Origin: Octopus sinensis
Lineage: Eukaryota
Direction of reading: 5' to 3'
DNA length: 64,000 nucleotides
Assembly (NCBI RefSeq): GCF_006345805.1
Contig: NC_043000.1
Coordinates: 8,804,001 to 8,868,000, forward strand
Of the stretch, positions 25,195-37,057 are shown piece by piece; position 1 is the first letter of the stretch, and every line of letters begins with the position of its first letter. The position numbers and the translations under genes were made by a program. Below the pieces are notes generated by a model, which saw only the letters and a program-made list of their open reading frames with translations, was not told where the DNA came from and made no database searches.

Positions 25195-26025
25195 TAGTTT
25201 TATTTTTATAGCTTGCTTTCACTTCACTACCGAGCGCAGCTCTGTGTGCCTTGGGTATGTGCTGTGATTTGTTGTGATGCTCTGATGGTTATTGTATGGA
25301 AAGTGTTCTGCGTAGGATGTGTGCAGTGCCTAGTATGCAATTTTCTGTATGTTATATGTTTGTAAGTCCTGGTGTTTTTGTTATGTATTTGTCTGAATAT
25401 TTTTTTATCATGCCTAATGCACCTACTATGATAGGAATTGTTTCTGTTTTCAGATTCCACATTCTAGTTACCTCTATTTCCAGGTCTTTGTATTTTGAGA
25501 GTTTCTCCATTTCTTTTAGAGACACGTTGTCATCAGCCGCTATTGATACATCAATTAGAAAGCATTTTTTTTTTCTTCATGGTCTCTGACAACTATATCT
25601 GGTCTGTTGGCCTTAATTTCTCTGTCTGTGTGTATCGGCATATCCCAGAGTATGGTTGCTTTCTCGTTTTCTGTGACCTTTTCTGGTGTGTGCCTATACC
25701 ATCTTTTTTCTGTTGTTATTCCATAATGTTGGCATAGCTTCCAATGTATGTAGGTTCCAACTCTGTCATGTCTGTGAATATATTCCTTCTTAGCCAGGAC
25801 TGGGCAGCTAGAGATAATATGATTTATTGTTTCTTGTCCATCTCCACATATTCTGCAGTTACTTGTAATATTTCTTTTCATTACATGTTTTTGGTAATTT
25901 CTGGTGGGGAGGCTTTGGTCTTGTGCTGCAATTAAAAATCCCTCTGTTTCTGCTTTGAGTCCTGAGCTTCTCAACCATTGCTGGGATTTTTCTTTGTCTA
26001 TTTCTTTTGTGTTTAGTTTAGTCCA
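25191..26025 (-). mobile_element. R4/Dong-clade LINE 3' fragment (CCHC plus RLE endonuclease)
   Basis: LKAETEGFLIAAQDQSL..CRICG..ETINHIISSC..RHD..ILWD..NRPDIV (ORF 25555-25974), with (TAA)n on both sides. Confidence 0.9.
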
Positions 26026-26044
26026 GTATATTATTATATTATTA

Positions 26045-26108
<64 letters not shown>

Positions 26109-26136
26109 ATTATTATTATCATTATCATTATTATTA

Positions 26137-26177
<41 letters not shown>

Positions 26178-26178
<1 letters not shown>

Positions 26179-27025
26179 CATGTGATGAAAACTCACAGCT
26201 TATTTTGCTGGGTATGAAGGAAAGTGTCAGCTGGTGATAGTAAGCAGACTAAAGTGACACTTGTTTAATGGTCACGCTTCAAGAACCCTGCGAAGAATTC
26301 TTGCAGTTCCAAGCAATGTTGATTTTGCACCAATATTTTTCAGCCTTGTTGAGTACTGATACTTTCAAGTGCGCCAATTACTATTGCTATCACGTCTACT
26401 CTCCTCATTCACCACGACCTTCGTATTTTCCACTTCAAATTGTCATGGTTGTTTATTTTTTCTTCTTTTTTTCACATTGATTCAGTTGTCACCGGGGCAT
26501 GCCAAGTCGATTATCATGCTTGTTCTTTCCTTTTTATACACCACAACAATGTCCGGTTTCCGATGTCTGGTCAGGTGATCGCACTGAATCATTGCATCTC
26601 ACAGGATTTTGCAAATCTTATTCTCGGTAACTCCTGGGGTTTTCTCATACCACGTCTTTGCTCTTTGTAGGCCGTGCATTCCACAGAGCTCTCAATGGAT
26701 CATTTTTTCCCCATTATCATGGCGTCTTTTGTATTCGCGTTGTGCCATTCGCTAACGATATGCCATACTGTTTTACCTCTCTCACCACACATTCTGCTTT
26801 TGTCGCTGTTGGTAGTGTTGTCTATTCTGCACTTCACATAATTGGTCCTTAACGTTTGTTCTTGAGCTGCACTCGGGTGCTTCTGTCTCTATATTCAGAT
26901 TACTCCTCCTTATCCATAGCCACTGGTCCTCTGAGTCTCTCTTGGCGTTCACATCTCTTGCAAACCGACCGTACATTTTTTTCTCCTTCTATGCTGTTTC
27001 TGTTTTTTTTGATAGGCTGTACAAA
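26178..27025 (-). mobile_element. R4/Dong-clade LINE 3' fragment (third subfamily)
   Basis: MYGRFARDV..WLWIRRSNL..ETEA and VQ.STLLGTARILRRVL, with a (TAA)n tail. Confidence 0.8.
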
Positions 27026-27367
27026 TTTCAAATTGTATTAAATTAAAATTACTATTTGTGTATCATACTGAATGCACACAGTTAGAAGATGCTGCTGATA
27101 TACCGGAGCGAGGCGAACGGCATTGTTGCTGCGCTCGCGAGAATGAGAGACGTTTTTCGCCTTTCTTAAGATTCGTCAATAATTTGCAGCCAACTGTCAC
27201 CAGCTGAAACGAAATTCGCGAGCGTTGATGTTCGTCTCCCTCTGATATATTTTGTATTTGTAACACAATTCTATGGGGAAATTTTATTCAGACAAGTCCA
27301 CAGCATCAAACTTTTTGCATGATACAAAGATGACTTAACAAAATGTTGTTTCAATTGCGCACACCGA

Positions 27368-27412
<45 letters not shown>

Positions 27413-27747
27413 CTTCTTCTTCTTCTTCTTCTTCTTCTTCTTCTTCTTCTTCTTCTTCTTCTTCTTCTTCTTCTTCTTCTTCTTCTTCTTCTTCTTCTTC
27501 TTCCTTGTCGTCGTCGTTGTTGTTGTCGCTTTCTTTTTCTGCCATATTTGTTAATCGAGTAAGACAATACGCACCCTACCTGTCACTTATGTACATAATG
27601 ATTTGCTGAGAGTTCGGATTACAGAAAATGCTGAGAGTTTAGGTTAGGAATAGAATCGAAAAGATTTTCAAGAACTGGTCTGCTTGCCAAATGCTAGATT
27701 AATTCGAAAATCCAGTGTCAACATAAACGCAAGCAAGCAAGCACACA

Positions 27748-27778
<31 letters not shown>

Positions 27779-27893
27779 CCACATATAATATATATATATA
27801 GATATATATATATATATATATATATACTATATATATATATATATATTATATATATATAATATATATATATATATATAATATATATATATATAT

Positions 27894-28116
27894 AACGGGA
27901 AGCTTTATGAAAATAAACAAAAGACGAAGGCAGGTGGAAAACAAACGAACAATTGTATTAGTATGGCGCTCAGGAAATATAAATAAAACAAGTCTTTAAC
28001 GTTTCGAGCCTACGCTCTTCAACAGAAAGATACACAGAGAGAGAAAAACACAGAAAGAAGGAGAGAAAAAAAAAAAAAAAAATGCGTGCAGTAGCTAACG
28101 AATCAACATGGCGATC
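27894..28116 (-). mobile_element. Second copy of the short PLE-like element
   Basis: Minus strand 28030-27993 reads TCTTT-CTGTTGA-A-GAGC-gtag-GCTC-GAAAC-GT-T-AAAGA. Truncated relatives are at 4228-4318 and 16655-16750. Confidence 0.6.
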
Positions 28117-28281
28117 TCCATATATATATATATATATAAATGCATGTATGTGTGTATATAGATATAGATATTCTTTTATTCTTTTGCTTGTTTCAGCTAT
28201 TTGACTGCAGCCATGCTGGAGCACGCATATAAACATTATATATATATAAAAATGTACGCATACATACATGCATACTATATG

Positions 28282-28330
<49 letters not shown>

Positions 28331-29379
28331 CAGGAAGCTTTATGAAAATATATATATATATATACAGAATTAGAAAATGGAGAAACATACTTAAATCAAT
28401 CAAACATCAACCAACAGATGATACACAATCAATACTTTATTACACACCATTACATAACAGCAAAGGCATTATACAAAATATATTGTAAATATAATTAGAC
28501 AAGGAAATAGAAATATAAAATATAATATATATATATATACATATATACGTGCAAATGTCTCTCTCCCTCATTCTCTCTCTCTCTCTCTCTTGCTATATAT
28601 ATATATATATATAAGAAAACGGAGAAATCACCAGATAGACATCAACATAGTAATACAAATCCAATTTGAAGCACCATCAATTTCTTAAAACCTGCAGCTG
28701 TTTCCATGTTCAATTAATTCAAATATCAAATAATTAAATTAAATTAAAGATGTAATTTGAATACAGTGAATTAGACATTTCGTCAAGGTTAGAAATTGAC
28801 CAGAAAAAGGAATCACATCTCAATGAATCGAGTGATTATTGCCATACTCAACATTCAATTCGGATGTGTGCGTGTGTGTATATAAATGTTCTTAAAAACA
28901 CGGTAAATAATAACTATGTTTTATAGTTTAAATAATATAAGTTAGAAATTAATGATTAATCTATTAAAACTAGCAGTTATGATTAAGTGGCTTAGAAAAA
29001 TTTTAAAGTAATTAATAAGCTATACTGGCATTCATATTCTCGCAAGTAATAATAAAAATTTAAGAATAAATAGTTTTGCTTACCGTTAACTGTATGGAAG
29101 GTATTGTTTATCCAAATACATTAAAAATAATAATAAAATCAAATTGCATATACGCTAGTAACGAAAAAGAAATGTAATCGAAAAAGAAATGTGAAAAAGT
29201 ATAATTATTTGGTAGACATTGAGTATTGTATTTTCAAACCCCCTTTGATTTTGTTTTGTGAAAATTCCGACGATGAGGGTTTTCTCTGGGTTTCCCCACC
29301 CAGTATAGTTCGTGAATTTAGAGGGTTTAGATTTGTGATAGTATCCCTTTATTTCCCATTGTAGATGGACAGATTTGCT

Positions 29380-30497
29380 ATCATACTATATTGGGTGTTA
29401 TGTCCGTCTGTCTGTCCGTCACTTTGTCTGTTCCCTCTTCACAGCCAGACAGCTGAGCCAATGGTTACGATATGTTTTGGGATTACAAAGACGGTCGTCA
29501 GGAAGGTTTTTAGCATTAAAAAATCAGAAAGTTTGATTATTTCGTGGAATGATAAACCACCCTCGCATTTTTATTAAAAATTCACCGACCACGAGTAACT
29601 CTGGGTTTTCATCGTGTAGCTCGTGGCCCCATCGTAGATACGAAAAGGATCGCGAGGACGGTTAATAGCGAAAATAAAATGGAAAAAGTATGTGTGATTA
29701 TTTAGTGGCTATTGAAGTGTGTCAGTCTCGAGCAGGATTCGAAACGGCTAAACGAAGCGGCTGTTGTTTACATCTCAGTTTTGTCAATCAAAATAACCTA
29801 TGACACCAGAGCATCCAGACATTATTCGCACAGAACAGGGAAAGGTAGTTTGAATTGTTGCAATCCTAAAGATTCTGCTCGCGCAATCACAGCAAACAAG
29901 GCACAGGGTCAGACTTTAGATCGTGTCGGTTTATTTTTACCCACTCCAATGATTACACACGACCAGTTATAAGTCGCTAGGAGTAGAGTAACAGACTCCA
30001 GTAATTTGAAAATTAGTGTCGACCAGACAAAAAATATCGTCTACAAAGCTGTTTTGTAATCATGATGATATTATCATTTATGATTCAAAATTTAAATAAG
30101 GAAATCCGTGAACTTTGAATGTACAAGAGTATAAACAAGCGTAAAATAATTAAACAACTAAAATAAAAGTATATCTAAATAACATTTTTTTCTTAATACT
30201 TTTTATATAGCGCTCGAAGGAATCTCTGTCTTTCGTAAGGGGTGGTCCACATAACCATTCATGATACAGAGCCTGGAAGCCTATTTCAATTCAGGAGTGA
30301 GTCATCACCACAGGTCACTTAGTCGCAAACACGTCACATAGCTGCCATAGAATGCTGTATCACTTACAATAATATGATTTCTCTAAGACGTCACCCAGTA
30401 ATCTACCAAGTCCATTTACACATTTCTCAATATATACTGCTGTTATGACTTCCCACCCTCATGTTATGTCGCCATCGTAGATGGGTAGATTTGCTAG
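29380..30497 (+). mobile_element. Helitron remnant (RepHel C-terminus plus termini)
   Basis: TANKAQGQTLDRVGLFLPTPMITHDQL*VARSRV..TKNIVYKAVL (29880-30058) matches PIF1-like helicase motifs V/VI. There is a (gtct/gtcc)n 5' region and a 3' hairpin ccatc-gta-gatgg followed by CTAG|T at 30494-30497. Confidence 0.8.
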
Positions 30498-30635
30498 TAA
30501 ATGATAATATACCCATTTCCATCAATGAAAAGCTAACATCCTCTTAGTACTTCACTGATTCACTGGATAAAACCGGGGAACTTGTATGCTAACATCCCTC
30601 TAAGGGGTATTTATAGCGTCTCAATAATTAATATA

Positions 30636-31515
30636 CAGTATGGGTGAAAACTAAGTAGGCATTAAACATTGGCAATAAAATCTATATTCCGTTTACAAAT
30701 TCATTGAAATAAATTATACATGTTCTTTATTACATGGGAAAATGAAAGTAAATCTTCATATTTCAACGTAAGCACCGGTGGCTTCAACCAGTTTCCTCAA
30801 ACAGCCAAGGATGGAATGAACAACGTTCTGAAGGACGACATCTGGGATATCATTGAGTACCTCCTGAATCCGTGTCTCCAAGTCCTCCAGGGTGCGATGT
30901 TTTGTCTTGTATACCTCCTCTTTTGTGTAATCCCATAGAGTGAGATCAGGATCTCTTGGAGTTCTGGAGTTCTGGACTTCTGCACTCACAGTCCTCAGGT
31001 CTTATCTCCTGCACGTAATGGGGCTTCCACGGACGAAAATTCAATTCTTTATGCAACACCGTACGTATTGTGTGTCTGGTTAGTCCACTCTCACGAGCTG
31101 CTAGACGTGTTGACTTTTGTAGACTGCAATTAAACATTTCCTTCACTGTTGCCACGTTCTCCGCTGATCGGAATGTGGTTGGACGGCCACTTCTTCTTGC
31201 ATCGTTCACAGAGCCTGTGGTCATCAGCTTTGCATGACAACTTTTTATTGTCTCTGGACGTAGTGTTGCATGCTTACCTTTCCATGCACGCCATCATCAC
31301 TGAACCAGAACAATAGAATTCCACACTTCATAGCATACTCCTGAACAGTGAAGCAACAAGCCATCTGGAAAACAAGAAATATGAAATAAGACAATAAGAA
31401 AATAAGGAATCCCCATTAGTGTCGTCAGTGTAAAAAAAAGGTTTCGTCATGACTTAAGTGATACTAAAAATTCTATAAGCAATTTCTAATGCCTAGTTAC
31501 TTTTAGCTCACCCTG
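30636..31515 (-). mobile_element. Internally deleted Tc1/mariner transposon
   Basis: Peptides TGSVNDARRSGRP..KSTRLAARESGL..L..PWKPHYVQ (HTH region) and PDL..WDY.KEEVYKTK..LEDLETRIQE. Imperfect TA-flanked TIRs. Confidence 0.8.
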
Positions 31516-32619
31516 TATACATACATATATCAGACAGGTCCACAGCATCATGCCTTTTATAAATAAATAAATGTATGCGCTCGCGTGCGCGTGTGTGGGT
31601 GTATGAGTGTGTATGGGTGTGTGTCTTGTGTGCTTTGTGTATGTGCTTGCGTGTGTCTATGAAAGATATAAAGACCATCCAGCTAGACGTCAACCTTCCA
31701 TTTATTCCACACCGCTCTCTTAAGTTATTGATGAATGTATTCACCTGTTAAACGAGCTTCTTTTGTTTTCGTTCTTCACTTCCTTGTGTCTGTTTATCCC
31801 TCTTACATTTTCTTCCGTTCCTTTAAATATGAATCTTTCTGCAGATATTTATTCTTACACATTTCCTTTCTTCGTTTTACGGCACTTTTTTGTTTGTTTT
31901 GTTATTCATTCTCTTTTCTTTTTCCGTATCTTAAGTCTTCAAAGTTTGCGATGGTAGTGTATGTAATCACCAGCACCGCACAATTCGTGTCCATTCGTTT
32001 CCCTGTTTTAGGTTGTTTTGTGCTGTTTCTTTTTTTCTATCTTGTTTATGGAAAATAAAAATATTCACTGTTGTAACATATACATCTTTTGTTTCCCGAC
32101 AGGAAATTTACTGCATCCACACCGCACGTATAAACGAAAGTACTGTTTCCAAATGACATATATTTGATATATGTCGAATCTACATAAAATTGCATACATT
32201 TTGCTATGGTGCCTTTATAAGAAACGGAACGCATATTGACTCTTGCAGAATTCACTAACTCAAACGCTAATACATGGCAAATTATTCCTTTATACATGCT
32301 AACCCATGGGTAATTTGGGCTGATGCGCATTTCTCTTTTATATTCTGACACAGAGGAGATGAAAGCCAAATATGTTAATATCATAACAAATCTACGTCAC
32401 ATATGTCCATGCTTTGGAAATATACAGTATATACAGCAGATGCAAATATGTGTGCTTGTATATACATACATACATACATACATACATACATACATACATA
32501 CATACATACATACATACATACATACATGGATGAAGCATGATACGGTGGCCAGAACAGGATAACAAAAAGAAAATATCTATAACTTAACTGAAGTTGACCA
32601 TATTGAGACCGATGTGTCA

Positions 32620-32950
32620 AAAGTGTATCGGTGGAACTTAAAAATTAAAACAACCTCCAAATTAAAACAGTCAGCCAGATATCATTGTGTGGGACCATGA
32701 AGAAAATATATGCTCTGTTGTGGATATCAGCTGCCCTCTGGACAATTATGTGGTTAGAAAAATACAAAAGAATGAGGATATCTATGAGCCATTAATATGG
32801 AGTTTGCAAATCCATTACACCCGCGATAGTCGAGAGATTACTGTATTCGGATTCAAGGAAAAACAGCAAAAGAATCTGAGGTGGATTCTCCAAATCAGAT
32901 CTATTAGTGGCACAGTGAAAGTTTGTAAGACATTCTGAAAATTCTACATC
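32620..32950 (+). mobile_element. RLE-type LINE C-terminal fragment
   Basis: QPDIIVWDHE..CSVVDISCPLD..K..EDIYEPL is a PD-(D/E)xK-like endonuclease segment. Confidence 0.65.
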
Positions 32951-33982
32951 TGAGATTTTTAAGTGAACAGATGCACATACTTCGGTGTATGTATCGACAG
33001 TTCAACTAGCACACGAAACCAACCACATATTTACAAACACCGTGAACTCTCTTAACTTAAAAATATCTTCTAGCTTTGTTAACCGACTTCAACTCTGTCA
33101 AGAACTTAAACTAAAATCAAAGAAAAATGCATATATATATGCGCGCACGCACACATAAACGCGCGCGCGCGCCCATATAAGAATCGATAGAGCTGTGTCG
33201 TAAGAGTCTTTAACTTTTGCGATTCAAATCACGTAGGCTCAAATTTACTGACACATAAAGTGCTGGCGATCAATTCTTCTTTTACTACTACTACTACTAC
33301 TACTACTACAACTGCTACTGCTGCTGCTGCTGTTTCTGCTGCTGCTACTGCTGCTTCTTTTTTGTCATCGTTGTCGTCTTGTCGTCGTCTCTTATTTTTT
33401 CTACTTCTTCAACATCGTGTTTTTTGTCATCATCATCATCATTACCTTCTTCTTCTTCTTCTTCTTCTTCTTCTTCTTCTTCTTCTTCTTCTTCTTCTTC
33501 TTCTTCTTCTTCCTTTTCTTCTTCTTCTCCTTCCTTCTTCTCCTTTCTTCTTCTCCCCCTCCTCTTCTTCTTCCTCTTCTCTCTCTCACTCTCTCTGTCA
33601 CTCACGCTGTGTGTATGTCTCTGTATGTATTGTTATGTATGTGCGCGCGTGCTCTATCTTGCTGACGATCTAGTACAATGTTATTCGCAGACAGAAAATT
33701 AAAATTATAAACAAAATTTAGCATTTTCTAAATGGCAAATTATTATTATTTTTTATATATATATATAGACACAGTTTTCTAAGACTGAAAGAACAAAAAC
33801 GGAAAGTAAAAAGAAAAATATACATAAAACTAGTATTCATTGGCATTTTCATTCGAATATTTTTCGATCATTTTTGTAAAAGCCTGAAACCCCAGGACAG
33901 GAAACCGAAATCATCATCATCATCGTCGTCGTCGATGTCGTCATCGTTGTTGTGTCATCATCATCCCCATAATCATCGTCGC

Positions 33983-34016
<34 letters not shown>

Positions 34017-34036
34017 TTCATCATCATCATCATCAG

Positions 34037-34087
<51 letters not shown>

Positions 34088-34254
34088 TACCATCATCATC
34101 GTCGTCGTCATTATCATCATCATCACTGTTTTTTTTAAAAGCACCTGGGCTTTTTTTTCTGTCGAAAAAGTTTCTCCGAGAAGAAGTATAGGGTATTACA
34201 AGTGACTGCGTATTTTAACTGGTGGCTATTTCATCAACTACACCAAGTGAGCTT

Positions 34255-34480
34255 CTTATTTCTTTACTGCCCACATAGGGCTAAACACAGAGGGGACAAA
34301 CAAGGACAGACAAACGGATTAAGTCGATTGCATCGACCCTAGTGCGCAACTGGTACTTAATTTATCGACCCCGAAAGGATGAAAAGCAAAGTCGACCTCG
34401 GCGGAATTTGAACTCAGAACGTAACGGCAGACGAAATACGACTACGCATTTCGCCCGGCATGCTAACGTTTCTGCCAGCT
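34255..34480 (-). mobile_element. SINE A, variant-tail subfamily
   Basis: Head plus core plus the gtttgtctgtccttgtttgtcccctctg linker. Confidence 0.85.
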
Positions 34481-35134
34481 CTTTACAAGCTGTACATGTA
34501 AAACAATGCCAACCAGGCACCGAAATTTCTGACTAAAATAAATAACGTCATAAGAAATATTAATTGTGCATAGAAGTTTTTTTCCCTTTATATCCAGTTT
34601 GGTTTTTGGTGTTTTTACGGTATATAAAGAAAGCGAGAGGGTTACGGATTGTAGCAAATCTTACACTATCCAAACGTACAACGAAACAAACCGCTAAAAT
34701 GACATTTTGCCCTTATCAGGTTTTTTTTCAGTAACTACTTGGAAAGAAGAATTACGAGTACGATGCTGCTCACCAGAGATTGTATCGATCCTGGAGTATC
34801 GGAATAGTTCGAATCGAAATTTTCGTTTGTAATTCAACAGAAGATACAACTTGATTCAGAACTGAAGGGATTTTAGGGACATACAGACTTCCCTATTTGC
34901 CTTAATTAACTGTCCCTTTCTTTTAGTACACTTACATTGTATTTTAACATTTGAATATTTTATAGTTTTTTCAACGCATATTTTTATTTAAATTTTCAAT
35001 GAATGTTAACCACCAACTTCTTTTGAAACCAATCCTTGTATTTTTCCTCGGCCAGTCGTCATTGTGGAAATACTATAATAAGCTATTGCTATTCAGCCTC
35101 TGACAACTACTGTAGAATGCTACCAGGCGTAAGT

Positions 35135-35720
35135 GGGCGAGCTGGAGAATCCTTAGCCATCCGGGCAAAATGCTTAGCGGTATTTCGTCTGTCTTTACGT
35201 TCTGTGTTCAAATTCCGCCGAGGTCGACTTTGTCTTTCATCCTTTCGGGGTCGATTAAATAAGTACCAATTACGCATTGGGGTCGATATAATCGACTTAA
35301 TCCGTTTGTCTGTCCTTGTTTGTCCTCTCTGTGTTTAGCCCCTTGTGGGTAGTAAAGAAATAGGTATTTCGTCTGCCGTGACGTTCTGAGTTCAAATTCC
35401 GCCAAGGTCGACTTTGCCTTTCTTACTCGATAAATTAAGTACCAGTTGCGTACTGGGGTAGATATAATCGACTTACCTCTTCCCCAAATATCAGGCCTTG
35501 TGCATATAGTAGAAAGGATTGTTATGCTTTATATTGGGGGCGAGATGGCAGAATCGTTAGCACGCCAGGCGAAATGCTGAGTTGTATTCACCCCATCACC
35601 CGTCCTGAGTTCATATTTTGCTGAGGTCGACATTGTCTTTCATTATTTCGGGCGCGATAAATTAGTACCAGTGAGGCACTGGGGTCGATGCAATTGACTA
35701 TCCCCTTCCCCAAATTTCAG
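35135..35720 (+). mobile_element. SINE A dimer (35135-35520) plus monomer (35536-35720)
   Basis: The core is repeated at about 35179 and 35363. Confidence 0.85.
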
Positions 35721-36471
35721 TATTATGTTCAATACTATTTTTAGTACAATATTGGGCGATAAAATAAATGACTTGATAAAGTCAATTGTCTCCACCCCAG
35801 CCGTGATACGTAGCTTTGTGCTTATATAAGAAATCACTATTATGGTTACGTCTTTCATTTCATTCTCAATAGTATTGTTATATTACCGAAGAATACTTCT
35901 TTTGACTTCGTCATTTCATTTTCCTGGAATAACATTCAGTAAATTTCCTCTGGGTTTTGCTATAAATCCAGCTACGTCACACAGATTTAAACAAAGATTT
36001 TCATTTTCTAATTTTTATTTTTGTTCTTATTTCTATCTGAATCTCAACAAGGCGTTGCAAGGTGTAAAACAATCTCAACTAGCCACCGAAATTTCTTACT
36101 AAAGTGAAGAACAAAAATAAGAAATATCAATCGATCATACAAGTTTTTCTTCATATCCAGTTTGCTTTTGGTGCTTTTATGGTACATAAAGAAAAAAGAG
36201 ATAGGGGTCGGGTGTGTGATAAATCTTACACTATCCAAACGACAATGAATCAAACGCTAAAGTGACAAGACTCTTCTACTGTAATTTTACTGTAAGCTTT
36301 TACACTTATTTCATTCATTACATATTGCTATGGGCAATGAGTATATTTGTTCAAGAGATAAGAGATATGACCACATATTTTGTCTAGATGTCATGATGCC
36401 AAGTCCGTGGCCTCTGCTGTTTCCTTGCTTTCACTCTGCTCTCAAAACACACATGACAAGTTATTAAGATC

Positions 36472-36505
<34 letters not shown>

Positions 36506-36544
36506 AAAGAGAAGAAAACAGTGTACATTCAAACACATAAGGGA

Positions 36545-36894
36545 TACCCCCAAAAATAGGATATCTGATTCACCAGAAAGAGCAGTTAAACTCCAAGCCA
36601 CTAATTGTTGCAATTCTGAAAGTGAATGAAACATAAAAACCTTTACCGTATTGTCCTAGACTGTCGCCCCGTATCTATGTGTTCGTTCCTTGGCAACCTA
36701 CTGAAGAAGCAGCGCCAGATATAGACTGGAATTATTTTATTTCAATCTATATTTAAGTCTTCAGAAACTATGCATGGTCTAGGACATTAAGGTAAAGGTT
36801 TTTATTTTTCATTCACTTTCATAATTACAACAATTAGTGGCTTGGAGTTTGACTGCTCTTTCTGGTGATTCAGATATCCTATTTTTGTGGGGTA
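36545..36894 (+). mobile_element. Penelope-like fold-back element (about 117-bp inverted arms)
   Basis: 36545-36661 is the reverse complement of 36777-36894. The spacer holds most of a hammerhead motif, and (TA)n lies nearby on both sides. Confidence 0.6.
36697..36783 (+). ncRNA. Type I hammerhead candidate with long stem II (base imperfect)
   Basis: ccta-CTGAAGA...agatataga/tctatattt stem...GAAAC-ta-tgca-tg-GT-C-tagg. Stems I and III are intact and the triplet is GUC. Confidence 0.55.
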
Positions 36895-36972
36895 TAGTGT
36901 ATTGACTAAATTTTCTCCTATTCGCTAGACCACTGGTAACAAAGAATTTTTTCGATAAATATTCTTGCTAGC

Positions 36973-37025
<53 letters not shown>

Positions 37026-37057
37026 ATGCATGTATGTATGTATATATATATGTATAT

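Noticed and set aside
28688-28730. GAAAC-AGCT-GC-AGG relic on the minus strand
   Set aside because: U16.1 is lost and the CUGANGA core is not recoverable.
27271-34144. Poly-E/K/R/H/M ORFs suggesting acidic or His-rich proteins
   Set aside because: They are pure trinucleotide tracts with no flanking coding context or splice signals.
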